From: Vulcanimicrobiota bacterium
Lineage (GTDB): Bacteria > Vulcanimicrobiota > Vulcanimicrobiia > Vulcanimicrobiales > Vulcanimicrobiaceae
NCBI GenBank assembly: GCA_003135555.1
Contig: PLCF01000062.1
Coordinates: forward strand, 32,001-96,000
Direction of reading: 5' to 3'
DNA length: 64,000 bases
Shown here: positions 38,270-47,942 of the stretch, piece after piece
How the letters are laid out: every line of letters starts with the position of its first letter
How positions within the stretch are numbered: the first letter of the stretch is position 1
The notes under the pieces: model-generated
Told to the model about the DNA's origin: nothing
What the model saw: only the letters and a program-made list of their open reading frames with translations
The model's database searches: none
Program-made: the position numbers and the translations under genes

Positions 38270-39568
38270 GTGGCGCTCAGCGATGCCTTGTCCCGCGTTT
38301 CGACCACCCTCGCCGATCTGCTGACCGACCGGATGGATCGCGTCGAGCCGATCTCGTTCGGGCCTCCGAAGCTCGACCCGGGGGCGATGGCCGGACCGCG
38401 GCTCAACCTGTTCCTGTTCCGCATCCACGAGAACCCCGCGTTCCGCAACGACGAGGACCCGCGTGTGGCGACGCCCGGCGTGCCCGGGCACCCGCCGCTC
38501 GCGCTGCAGCTCTCGTACCTGCTGACGAGCTACGGCGGACAGCCGGCCGGCGTGAACGCTCTCAGCGCCGACAGCATGATGGATCTGGACGCGCAGTACA
38601 TCCTCGCCGACGCGATGCGCGTACTCCACGACATCCCGATCGTGACGCGCTCGACGCCCCGCGTACGGATGCTCCATCCGGATCCGGTGATCCTCGACCC
38701 CGGGCTGCGCGCCGAGTACGAGTCGCTGCGCATCTCGCCGATCACCCTGACGATCGACGATCTGGCGAAGCTGTGGACCGCGTTCAAGGACGAGTTCCAG
38801 CGCTCGGTCGCATACGAGGTCTCGATCGTCCGCATCGAGACCGTCAAGCCGCGTGCGAGCGCCCAGCCGGTGCTCGTACGTCACGTCGCCGCGCGCGGCG
38901 GCATCCACTTCGCTCCGGTGATCCAGCGCATCGATCCGCCAGCGGTCGTCGCACAGGAGCAGGCGACCATCACCGGGACGGGCCTGGGCGCGATGACACT
39001 GATCGTGAGCGACGCGCTCGGCACCGGCTTCCCGCTGCAGCCTCGCACGATCAACGTCGTCCCAGACCTCGCCACTGGTGCGCTGCGGTTCGCGATCCCG
39101 AACGATCCCGCGCATTTCATGCCGGGGCGCAAGAGCATCGCGGCGCGCGTCGTCGATCCGGCGACGGGGCACGCGATCACCTCGGACGCGTTCGAGCTCG
39201 TGCTGCTGCCCGACGTGACGGCGCTCTCGATCAACGCCTCGAAATTCGACGGGACGCAGGTGACGATCACCGGGAGTCTACTCGGCCACGCTCCGCCGCC
39301 CGACTTGCCGACCGATCCGCTGATCCCGGTCGTGCTCTTCGGCGACTATCCGATCCCGCGCGCCGACACCGACTGCTCGAACTTGGGCGCCGCTACGCCG
39401 AAGATCACCGTAACGCTCAATGCGCCCGACCCGCTCGGGCCGCAGCCGCCGGTCGGCCGGACCGTCCCGATTCGCGTGCGCGTGAACGGAGCCGAGAGCC
39501 GCACGTGGACGGTCGTGAACGGTCGCCCCGTCCCTCGCGCCGCCGTGCAGTACACGGTGCAACCCTGA
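38270..39568 (+). CDS. DUF4255 (Pvc16/Afp16-like cap/terminator) with IPT/TIG-like C-terminus
   Basis: RLNLFLFRIHENPAFRN, PPLALQLSYLLT, DLAKLWTAF, SVAYEVS; later PVIQRIDP..TITGTGL and IRVRVNGAES. Confidence 0.88.
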   Translation: MALSDALSRVSTTLADLLTDRMDRVEPISFGPPKLDPGAMAGPRLNLFLFRIHENPAFRNDEDPRVATPGVPGHPPLALQLSYLLTSYGGQPAGVNALSADSMMDLDAQYILADAMRVLHDIPIVTRSTPRVRMLHPDPVILDPGLRAEYESLRISPITLTIDDLAKLWTAFKDEFQRSVAYEVSIVRIETVKPRASAQPVLVRHVAARGGIHFAPVIQRIDPPAVVAQEQATITGTGLGAMTLIVSDALGTGFPLQPRTINVVPDLATGALRFAIPNDPAHFMPGRKSIAARVVDPATGHAITSDAFELVLLPDVTALSINASKFDGTQVTITGSLLGHAPPPDLPTDPLIPVVLFGDYPIPRADTDCSNLGAATPKITVTLNAPDPLGPQPPVGRTVPIRVRVNGAESRTWTVVNGRPVPRAAVQYTVQP

Positions 39569-41529
39569 TGGTCGCACAGGCAGTGTTCGCGGCCGACAAC
39601 GGGGCGTATTTGCAAGCGCAGCTCGACCGCGTACGCGCGCTGCTCGCCGGCGCTGAGCGGGACGACCGTCTGCGGACCGAGCGCGTCGTCGATGCGATGG
39701 AGACATCGTGCGCGGACGGCGCCTTGCGCCTCCCGCGCCTCGCGCGGATCTTCCGCCTCGACCCGTTCGAACGCGACCTGCTCCTGCTTGCGGCGTGCGC
39801 CGACCTCGACGAGGGGGCCGGTGACGCGATAGCGGCGGCGCAGCGCTCATCGACGTTCTGGCCGACGATCGCGCTGGGCTGGCGGCTGTTCTGCGCCGGC
39901 GACGGCCAACGGATCGCGAGCCGCGACGCGCTGCGAGCCGACGCGCCGCTGTGGCGCTACCGGCTGCTCGAGACGGTGAACGAAGGCGATCCGCTGCCGG
40001 ACCGCATCGTGCGCGTCGATCGCCGGATCGCCGACGAGATCGCCGGTCGCGGCGCGCCCGACGGCCGTCTCGTTCCGTTCCTGATCCCGGCGCCGGCGAT
40101 CTCTCGCGTCGATCAGACGGTCGTGCGTGCGCTGGCGCAGCGTCTGCGCGACGCCGTCGCGCGGCCCGACGCGCCGCTGCTAGTCGACCTGCGCGACGCG
40201 AGCGCCGACGACGCGCGCGCGCTGGCGGCCGCCGTGCTCGCGCAACTCGGCCTGCCGCTGCTCGCGGTTTCCGCGCCGTCGTTTCCGCACGACCTCACGA
40301 TGCTGCTCGCCCGCGAGACGCTGCTGCTCCCGGCCGGCGTGCTCGTGGCCGATCTCGACGGCTGCGAGCGCTGCGACGAACGCTGGTCGGCGCTCGCGCT
40401 GGGCGGGCCGCTGGTCTTCGTCAGCGGGACGGCGACGGTTGCGCTCCCGGCCGCGCTGCGCGCGATGCGCAGGGTCACGGTCGCCGTCGAGCCACCGGAA
40501 CGCGCCGAGCGCGCAGCGCTGTGGACGCTCGCGCTCGGCGTAACCGAACCGCCGCACGATGCGGAAGCGGTCGAGGCCGTCGCCGAGCGGTTCGAGCTCG
40601 GCACCGGCGAGATCGTGCGCGCCGCCGCCGACGCCGTCGAAGCGGCCGCGCTACGCGGCGAAGCGCCGACGCTCGGTGACCTGTGCACCGGCGCCGCGCG
40701 GACATTCGAGCACAAGATGCACGATCTCGCGCAGCGGCTCGTCCCTACGTTCGACTGGGACGATCTGCTCCTCCCCGACGAGACGCACGCGAAGCTGCGC
40801 GAGCTGGTCGATCAAGAGCGCGCGCAGACGCGCGTCCTGGACGAGTACGGTTTTCGCGCGCGGCTCTCACGCGGCCGCGCGGTGACGGCGCTCTTTGCCG
40901 GGCCGAGCGGGACGGGCAAGACGATGGCGTCCGAGGTGATCGCGCGCGCGATCGGCCGCGAGCTGTATCGCGTTGACCTCGCGCGCGTCGTGAGCAAGTA
41001 CATCGGCGAAACGGAGAAGAACCTGCGCACGGTCTTCCGCGAAGCGGAGCGCGCGCGCTGCGTCGTCCTGTTCGACGAAGCGGACGCGCTGTTCGGCAAA
41101 CGCACGCAAGTGCGCGACAGCCGCGACCGCTACGCGAACCTCGAGGTCAGCTACCTGCTGCAGCTGATGGAAGAGGCGGAGCGCGCCGTGCTGCTGCTCG
41201 CGACGAATCGCCGCGAGGCTATCGACGAAGCGTTCCTGCGCCGCTTCCGCTTCGTCGTTGAGTTCCCGGCGCCGGCAACCGATCTGCGCCGCACGCTGTG
41301 GCAGCGCAGCTTTCCGCAGGGCCCCGTCGAGGCGCTCAACGTCGAGGTACTGGCGGAACGCCTGATGCTCAGCCCCGCCGGCATCAAGAGCATCGCGCTC
41401 GCCGCGACGTTCCTCGCCGCGAGCGACGGCGAGCCCGTCCGCCCGCGGCACGTCGCGCACGCGACGCGGCGCGAGCTCGAGAAGATGGGGCGTCCCGCAC
41501 CGTTCGCCGACGCTGAGCTCGAGCGATGA
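39568..41529 (+). CDS. CIS AAA+ ATPase (Afp15/Pvc15-like)
   Basis: GPSGTGKT, VVSKYIGETEKNL, LFDEADALFGKR, DRYANLEVSYLLQ. Confidence 0.95.
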   Translation: MVAQAVFAADNGAYLQAQLDRVRALLAGAERDDRLRTERVVDAMETSCADGALRLPRLARIFRLDPFERDLLLLAACADLDEGAGDAIAAAQRSSTFWPTIALGWRLFCAGDGQRIASRDALRADAPLWRYRLLETVNEGDPLPDRIVRVDRRIADEIAGRGAPDGRLVPFLIPAPAISRVDQTVVRALAQRLRDAVARPDAPLLVDLRDASADDARALAAAVLAQLGLPLLAVSAPSFPHDLTMLLARETLLLPAGVLVADLDGCERCDERWSALALGGPLVFVSGTATVALPAALRAMRRVTVAVEPPERAERAALWTLALGVTEPPHDAEAVEAVAERFELGTGEIVRAAADAVEAAALRGEAPTLGDLCTGAARTFEHKMHDLAQRLVPTFDWDDLLLPDETHAKLRELVDQERAQTRVLDEYGFRARLSRGRAVTALFAGPSGTGKTMASEVIARAIGRELYRVDLARVVSKYIGETEKNLRTVFREAERARCVVLFDEADALFGKRTQVRDSRDRYANLEVSYLLQLMEEAERAVLLLATNRREAIDEAFLRRFRFVVEFPAPATDLRRTLWQRSFPQGPVEALNVEVLAERLMLSPAGIKSIALAATFLAASDGEPVRPRHVAHATRRELEKMGRPAPFADAELER

Positions 41530-44500
41530 GCGCGGCCGTCGACGTCGCGGTTCCGGTGCCCTCGCAGACGGTGCAGCGCAAGTGCAGCGACGGCCCGTGC
41601 GCGTGCGGCTGCGCGAAGGAGCCCGAGCACGGCGCGACGATCCGACGTCAGCCCGCGACCGGCGGATACGCCGCGGCCGGCCCCGCCGCGCCGGCGACCG
41701 CGGCCCGCATCGGCGCGTCGCGCGGCGGCGGTGCGCCGCTGCCGCCGGCCGCGCGTACGCCGCTCGAGTCCAGCTTCGGCGGGCGCGATTTCTCCGCAGT
41801 GCGCGTGCATTCGGACCCGAGCGCGGATGCGTTGGCGCGATCGATGCACGCGCAGGCGTTCACCGTCGGCAACGACATCTTCTTTGCGGCGCATCGCTAC
41901 GACCCGGCGAGTCTTGCGGGACAGCGCCTGCTCGCACACGAGCTGACGCACGTCGTGCAGCAGGATGGCAGTGCGGCGAGTGCGATGCAGCCGAAGCTCG
42001 AAATCGGCGCCGCGAACGCGCCAGCCGAGGCTGAAGCCGACCGCATCGCCGAGGCCGTCGTGTCGGGGCGCAACGCGGGGCCGATCGGCGCGTTTCCAGG
42101 CGCGACGATCCGCCGCGCGGGGGGACCGGGTATGCCGTCGTGTCCGGAGGGCACGCAGCAAGAGTCTGCCGACGACGTCGGGTCGATTCGATGCGTTCTC
42201 CCCAACGGCGATGAGCGCGTCGTCTTGTCGCACCAGAAGCCGTTTCAAGTCAGTCGGGGTAAGGTGGGTGCTTCGCCGGATCTCAGCGAGACCGTCGCTC
42301 GCTATCAAGCATACGCTGACGCAAAACACCTGCAGAACGTACACGAGGGCCGCTCGGCTACCGGGAGCGATCCTTGGCCGGCATGGCGTGGCCGGCGCGC
42401 CCCAGCGGTCGTCCAAGCGGCAAAAACTCAGGGCCTCGAGGACAAGTGTTCCCCCGATCACGTCATCGAGCTACAGGTTGGAGGAGGCGACAGCGCCGAC
42501 AACTTGCGATTGCTGGACCGGGAGCGCAACAGGGTGGCCGGGAGTCAGCTCGATCTGTGGCTCGGCGATTTGCGGAGGGACTATTTCGGCACCCGCCGTC
42601 CGAAAGGCGCGATACTCCAGTTTACTGCCGCGGCCGCCGCGACCGACAAGCGCTTCACGGGCGTCGCGGACTCCAAGGACCCCTGCCTCGAGTTCGACGC
42701 AAAAAACGCCGCGACCGGCGGACCGAAATCGAACGAAAAAGAGTTCCCGGAGTTCGATGTCGGCGGCCAAGCGACGCATGTGCGATATCGCAACGACGAA
42801 ACACGGGAGGTCGTCCACCAGTCGAAGGCTGCCGTCGCGGGCTTCGAGCTGAAGAAAGTCATCGATCCGAGTGAAAGCGGGTTTTCAGCGAACATCAGCG
42901 AGAAGATCCGGCACATTCCATTCCTCAAAGGAACATTCGCCGACTTCAAGCTGCTCGTCGAGCCGTCCGGAGCGAAACGCGCAGTCAAGTTCGACAAGAC
43001 AATGGCCGACATCGTGGCGCTGCAGATGTACTTTCCTGGGATGAGCAACGCGGTGCTTATTCCACGCCTCGAGCACGGCGAATACACGGCGGCAGGCGAC
43101 TTTACGCCGACGCTCTTCCTGTTGCGCTACACGACGATGCATCTCGAGGTGAAGAAACAGTCGTTGAGTGCCACGTTGCGCGTCACTCCCGACAAAATCA
43201 AGCAGGCACTCCCGATCCCGGGTTTGACGATCGATCCGGTCACGCTGACGATCTCCGTCATCGACGGGGCGTTCAGCGCCGCAGGCCTGCTCGGATTCAA
43301 ATACGGCAAGTTGATGACCGGTTCGATCGACACGCGCTGGCAGAACGGTGCGCTGCTCGGGGACGGGATCGTCGAGCTGCACATCCCCGGCATCGATAAG
43401 GCCGAAGGGCAGGTCCATCTGCGAAACGGCCGCTTCACGGGTTCCGTCAACGTTCGCAAGGACAAGTTCAAGCTCCCCGGCGTCCGCGATGCGAACCTCA
43501 CCGCCGCGATCGACGAGAACGCGATCCTGACCGGCAGTGGATCAGTCGGCCTGGAGATCCCGGGCTTGCAGCATCCGACGTTGCTCTTCACCTGCGACTC
43601 TCAGGGCAACTACGCAATCGCCGGTTCGGCGACCGCGTCGATCCCCGGTGTGAAGGATGCGCGCATAGCGATCACCTACGCGAACGGCGCGTTCAGCGGA
43701 CGCGGACACGCGGGTTTCGCGATTCCCGGCCTTGACACCGCCGGAATCGATCTCGTCTACGCAAACGGCCAGTTCTCGGGAAGCGGGAGCGTTGACTTTC
43801 GCAAGGGCAAACTCGGCGGTCACCTGCAGATCAATTTGAGCCCGGCGCACAAGTTGAACGGCGGCGGCGACTTGCAGTACGAGATCGCGCCCGGACTCGT
43901 GGCGATCGTCGGCATGCAAGTCCGCGAGGACGGCTCGACGCACGTGCAAGGTGAGTTGCGTCTCCCCGACCCGCTCGAAATCTTCCCCGCCAAAGAATTC
44001 AAGAAGCGGCTTTTCGGCGTCTCGATCGACATCCCGATCTTCGGGATCAGCTTCGGTTCGACCAGCGTCGGGGTCATCGCCAATCTCACGGCCGCGGTCA
44101 ATGCGAGCGCCGGCGTCGGGCCGGGGCAGATCCGTCACTCCAAGATCATCGCCGCGTTCGATCCGATGAAAGACCTCGCCGCGGCAACGTTCCGAGCGTC
44201 GGCGGAGCTGTACGTGCCGGCGCATGCCGAGATCGCCATCGTGCTCTCGGGCGGAATCGGCGTCAGCTTGTTGATCGTCAAGGCGATTGGTGGCATTTCG
44301 GCGACCGGCGAGGTCGGACTGATGGGTGCGCTCGCGGTCCCGATCGATCTCAAGTATATCGCCGGCAAGTTCTCCGTAAACGGCGCAGCGGAACTCTTCG
44401 CCCAACCGCGAGTACGCTTTCACCTCGATGCGTTCGTCAAAGTCCAAGCCGATCTGTTGGTCACGACCATCGATGTCTACACCAAAGAGTGGAAGCTCGC

Positions 44501-44654
44501 GGCGTTCGAATGGGGGAGCGATTTCAAGATCGGCGTGCGCTTCCCGGTGCACTACACGTTCGGCGAGCCGTTCACTCTGTCGCTGAACCAGCTCGAGTTC
44601 ATCGCACCGCAGGTCGACGCGCGCAAGCTCGTCCACGACCTGCTGCCGAAGTGA
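41526..44654 (+). CDS. DUF4157 (eCIS core) domain protein with a putative HNH-like nuclease region; candidate effector
   Basis: DFSAVRVH..AQAFTVGNDIFF..LLAHELTHVVQQ; DHVIELQVGG.D..DNL..LD...N; long Gly-rich beta-strand C-terminus. Confidence 0.88.
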   Translation: MSAAVDVAVPVPSQTVQRKCSDGPCACGCAKEPEHGATIRRQPATGGYAAAGPAAPATAARIGASRGGGAPLPPAARTPLESSFGGRDFSAVRVHSDPSADALARSMHAQAFTVGNDIFFAAHRYDPASLAGQRLLAHELTHVVQQDGSAASAMQPKLEIGAANAPAEAEADRIAEAVVSGRNAGPIGAFPGATIRRAGGPGMPSCPEGTQQESADDVGSIRCVLPNGDERVVLSHQKPFQVSRGKVGASPDLSETVARYQAYADAKHLQNVHEGRSATGSDPWPAWRGRRAPAVVQAAKTQGLEDKCSPDHVIELQVGGGDSADNLRLLDRERNRVAGSQLDLWLGDLRRDYFGTRRPKGAILQFTAAAAATDKRFTGVADSKDPCLEFDAKNAATGGPKSNEKEFPEFDVGGQATHVRYRNDETREVVHQSKAAVAGFELKKVIDPSESGFSANISEKIRHIPFLKGTFADFKLLVEPSGAKRAVKFDKTMADIVALQMYFPGMSNAVLIPRLEHGEYTAAGDFTPTLFLLRYTTMHLEVKKQSLSATLRVTPDKIKQALPIPGLTIDPVTLTISVIDGAFSAAGLLGFKYGKLMTGSIDTRWQNGALLGDGIVELHIPGIDKAEGQVHLRNGRFTGSVNVRKDKFKLPGVRDANLTAAIDENAILTGSGSVGLEIPGLQHPTLLFTCDSQGNYAIAGSATASIPGVKDARIAITYANGAFSGRGHAGFAIPGLDTAGIDLVYANGQFSGSGSVDFRKGKLGGHLQINLSPAHKLNGGGDLQYEIAPGLVAIVGMQVREDGSTHVQGELRLPDPLEIFPAKEFKKRLFGVSIDIPIFGISFGSTSVGVIANLTAAVNASAGVGPGQIRHSKIIAAFDPMKDLAAATFRASAELYVPAHAEIAIVLSGGIGVSLLIVKAIGGISATGEVGLMGALAVPIDLKYIAGKFSVNGAAELFAQPRVRFHLDAFVKVQADLLVTTIDVYTKEWKLAAFEWGSDFKIGVRFPVHYTFGEPFTLSLNQLEFIAPQVDARKLVHDLLPK

Positions 44655-44667
44655 TACGAGGACGACG

Positions 44668-45336
44668 ATGCTCGCGAAAGCCGCGCTGATCAGCTTCGCC
44701 GGGGGATTCATCGGACCGATCCCCGACGTCGTCGTGTTCCAGTACAATCCGGCGGAGCTCACCCGCACGCTCACGCAGAAGCGCGCGCCGGGGTGCGGTA
44801 CCGGCGAAGCGAGCCAGTCCGAGGCGTTCAAGGTCGACGGGCCGCCGAACGAAACGATCGCGTTCAAAGCCGAGTTCGATGGCGACGACATGGCGATGGA
44901 CGGAAACCCGGTCACGCCGCTGGTCGGCGTGCGTGCCGCGCTCGCGTCGCTGGAGCTGCTGCTCTACGCCAAGGACCAGCAGGGACTCGGCTCGATCGGC
45001 GGCCTCGCGGGAAGCCTCGCGGGCCTGCTCGGCGGCGGCGGCGGTTCGCAAAACCTGCCGCCCGACGAGCTGCCCGTCGTCATCTTCGTGTGGGGACCGG
45101 GCCGCGTGCTCCCCGTTCGGCTGACGGCGCTCACCGTTCGCGAGCTCGAGTTCGACCTGCTGCTCAACCCGATTCGCGCCGAGGTCGACCTCTCGCTCGA
45201 GATCCTCAAACGCCTGCCGACCGATCATCCGGCGCGCGGCGTGTACGACTACACGGAGAAGCAGATGCGCATCGTCTCGAGACTGCAGCTCGTCAACAAC
45301 GTTCAGTCCGTGCTCGCCGGGCTCTCGCTGTTCTGA
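44668..45336 (+). CDS. CIS tube-initiator/hub-like protein (Afp7-like N-terminal part)
   Basis: VVFQYNPAELTRTL, FVWGPGRVLPVRLT, FDLLLNPIRAEV. Confidence 0.85.
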   Translation: MLAKAALISFAGGFIGPIPDVVVFQYNPAELTRTLTQKRAPGCGTGEASQSEAFKVDGPPNETIAFKAEFDGDDMAMDGNPVTPLVGVRAALASLELLLYAKDQQGLGSIGGLAGSLAGLLGGGGGSQNLPPDELPVVIFVWGPGRVLPVRLTALTVRELEFDLLLNPIRAEVDLSLEILKRLPTDHPARGVYDYTEKQMRIVSRLQLVNNVQSVLAGLSLF

Positions 45337-45337
45337 C

Positions 45338-45619
45338 ATGTTCGATCCGGGCTCGCGCTACGCGAGCGTCGCAACGATCACGGTCCAGGACGACGCCGGA
45401 CGCTCCGTCGCGATCGTCAAGTTGCGCCTGATCCCGCCGACTTCGGCGGCGATCACGCGGCGCGTCGTCGCCGAAGATCGCCCCGACCTGCTCGCGCACC
45501 ACTACTACAAAGACCCGACGCGCTACTGGCGCATCGCCGACGCGGGCTTCGTGCTCGATCCGATGGAGTCGTACGCGACCGCTGGTGCCGTCATCCCGAT
45601 CCCCGCCGGAGGAGCGTAG
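45338..45619 (+). CDS. Small LysM-like CIS protein
   Basis: MFDPGSRY...DRPDLLAHHYYKDPTRYWRIADA. Confidence 0.85.
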   Translation: MFDPGSRYASVATITVQDDAGRSVAIVKLRLIPPTSAAITRRVVAEDRPDLLAHHYYKDPTRYWRIADAGFVLDPMESYATAGAVIPIPAGGA

Positions 45620-45620
45620 C

Positions 45621-46718
45621 GTGGCCGCCAAACCGCAGGTCACGATCTTCGTCGACGACAAGGCGCTCGAACCGAAGTACCTGCGGCTGCTGCGCGGTCT
45701 GGAGGTGCAGCAAGCCGTCCACACGCAGGCGCAGTTTCACCTCCGCTTCTCGATCGGCCAGGACGCGACCGGCGACTGGGCGGCGTTCGCGGAGAAGACG
45801 TTCAAGCCGTCGCAGTCGATCAAGATCGAGGCGAAGGTCACCGATCGAACCGTCCGCCTCATCAACGGCATCCTCACCCAGCTCAAGATGAACTTCAAGG
45901 CCGATCCGTGCGAGTCGGAGATGGAGCTGAGCGGGTTCGACGCGCTCGAGAAGCTCAAACGCAGCCAGCCCACGGGCAAATTCAAGGGCCGAGATATCCC
46001 GACCGTCGTCAACTACGTGTTCGATGCGGCCGACATCGCACCGGCCGACACTGCGAAGATCCCCAATCTGGGCGCGAGCGATCCGCAGCGCAAGGTGTTG
46101 ATGCAGGCGCACGACGATCTCGAGTTCTTGCGCATGCTCGCGACGACGGTGAACTGCGAGGTCTACGTCGAGCCGACCGCGAGCGCCGATCAGGGCCACT
46201 TCGAGCCGCTCGATCTCGACGCCGCGCAGGAGCTGACCGCCACGATCAACGTCAATCAGGGCGATCGCACCAACGTGCGCAACGCGCAGTTCTACTACGA
46301 CCTCAGCCAGGAGACGGTGGTCGAGGCCGACTTCGTCGACGCGAACGGGAAGCACACGACGAGCGTCACCAAGAGCTTGGGCGATCAGCTCTCAGAGCGC
46401 GACAAGACGGTTCTCGGGCCGCCGGGCTTCCAATCCGTCAAGCGGCTCGAACGCCACGGCCGCGAAGATCGCAAGGAGCTCGAGCGGCTGTGCGAGGCCG
46501 AGCTCGACAAGCTTGCGTGGGTCGTGATCGGGAAAGGCGAGCTCGACTCGGCGGCGTACGGCGACGTCCTCGTTCCGCGCCACCGGGTCGTCGTGAACGG
46601 CGCGGCGACGGCGTTCAACGGCCGGTACCTGGTGTGGAGCGTGAAGCACACGTTCACCCGCGAGCTGTACTGCCAGTCGTTCGAGCTGCGGCGCAAGCTC
46701 GGGGTGCAGACGTCGTGA
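45621..46718 (+). CDS. Phage late control D (gp27-like hub) protein
   Basis: QAHDDLEFLRMLA, GELDSAAYGDVL, FNGRYLVWSVKH, QSFELRR. Confidence 0.85.
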   Translation: MAAKPQVTIFVDDKALEPKYLRLLRGLEVQQAVHTQAQFHLRFSIGQDATGDWAAFAEKTFKPSQSIKIEAKVTDRTVRLINGILTQLKMNFKADPCESEMELSGFDALEKLKRSQPTGKFKGRDIPTVVNYVFDAADIAPADTAKIPNLGASDPQRKVLMQAHDDLEFLRMLATTVNCEVYVEPTASADQGHFEPLDLDAAQELTATINVNQGDRTNVRNAQFYYDLSQETVVEADFVDANGKHTTSVTKSLGDQLSERDKTVLGPPGFQSVKRLERHGREDRKELERLCEAELDKLAWVVIGKGELDSAAYGDVLVPRHRVVVNGAATAFNGRYLVWSVKHTFTRELYCQSFELRRKLGVQTS

Positions 46719-47251
46719 CCGACCTCGAGGCGCTCCACCGCGCGGTCGTCGGGCTCTCGCAGCAGCAGCAGCGGCGCTACTACGGCAAGTTTCGCGGGAT
46801 CGTCACCGACAACGACGATCCCGGGAAGCGCGGGCGCATCCGCGCGAAGGTCCCCGAGCTGTTCGGCGACGTGGAGACCGGCTGGGCGCTGGCGTGCGTC
46901 GCGTACGCGCCGAAGGGACACGGCTTCCTCGCGCTGCCCGAGACCGCGGACACGGTGTGGATCGAGTTCGAGGGCGGCGACCCGTCGTATCCGGTGTGGA
47001 GCGGCTGCTGGTGGCCCGAGACCGGTGCCCCCACGATCGACTCGCCGCACGTGAAGATCTTCGAGACGGCGGCGGGCAACCGCATCAGGCTCGACGACAG
47101 CGAGGGCGCGGAGCGCGTCACGATCGAGGACAAGAACGGCTCGTCGATCGTGATCGACCAGAGCGGGATCACGATCACGAAGGGCTCGATGAAGATCGTC
47201 CTCGCCGACGCGCAGGTGTCGATCAACGACGATGCGCTCGTGGTGATGTGA
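46715..47251 (+). CDS. Baseplate assembly protein V / VgrG gp5 OB-fold spike
   Basis: YYGKFRGIVTDNDDP..RGRIRAKVP, VWIEFEGGDPSYPVWSGCWW. Confidence 0.92.
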   Translation: MTDLEALHRAVVGLSQQQQRRYYGKFRGIVTDNDDPGKRGRIRAKVPELFGDVETGWALACVAYAPKGHGFLALPETADTVWIEFEGGDPSYPVWSGCWWPETGAPTIDSPHVKIFETAAGNRIRLDDSEGAERVTIEDKNGSSIVIDQSGITITKGSMKIVLADAQVSINDDALVVM

Positions 47252-47583
47252 TGGGCGCCGCGATCCTGCAATCCGGCTGCTCGATGATGTGCCCGCACGG
47301 CGGGCAAGTCCAAGTCGCTCCGTCGCAGTCCAAGGTGCTGCTGGGCGGCGCGCCGGCGCTGCTCGCGAGCGACACGACGCTCGTCGCGGGCTGCGCGTTC
47401 GCGATCGGGCCGAAGCCGCAGCCGTGCCTGACCGTGGAGTGGAGCGCGCCGGCGACGAAAGTGACGATCGCGAACCAGGCGCCGCTGCTGCAGACCAGCG
47501 TCGGGCTGTGCAAATCGGCCGAAGGGATCCCGCAAGGCACCGTGCTGATCGTCAGCACGCAGACCAAGGTGCTCGCGACGTGA
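47251..47583 (+). CDS. PAAR-like spike tip protein
   Basis: MCPHGG, VAGCAF, PQPC, GLC, PQG motifs immediately after the spike gene. Confidence 0.8.
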   Translation: MGAAILQSGCSMMCPHGGQVQVAPSQSKVLLGGAPALLASDTTLVAGCAFAIGPKPQPCLTVEWSAPATKVTIANQAPLLQTSVGLCKSAEGIPQGTVLIVSTQTKVLAT

Positions 47584-47942
47584 GCGCCGTGTGGTTCGAC
47601 CAGCCGTATTCCGTCGACGCGCGGGGGCGTTCGGCGACGACGGGCGCCGACGACCACGTGCGCGATCTGATCGCGGCGGTGCTCTTCACCAGCCCGGGCG
47701 AACGCGTGATGCATCCCGATTTCGGCTGCGGGCTGCGCCAGCTCGTCTTCGCGCCGAACTCCGACCTCCTCGCCACCGCGACCGAAGCGCTCTGCGCCGC
47801 GGCGCTCAACCACTTCCTCGCCGACTGGATCGTCGTCGACAAGCTCGAGGTGCAGACCGACGACGCGACCCTGCTGGTGCGGCTCTCGTATCGCCGCCGT
47901 GACGTCCAGGAGCCGCAGCTCCTCACGCTGGTGAGCACATGA
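47580..47942 (+). CDS. GPW/gp25 family baseplate protein
   Basis: HVRDLI..VLFTSPGERVMHPDFGCGL. Confidence 0.93.
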   Translation: MSAVWFDQPYSVDARGRSATTGADDHVRDLIAAVLFTSPGERVMHPDFGCGLRQLVFAPNSDLLATATEALCAAALNHFLADWIVVDKLEVQTDDATLLVRLSYRRRDVQEPQLLTLVST

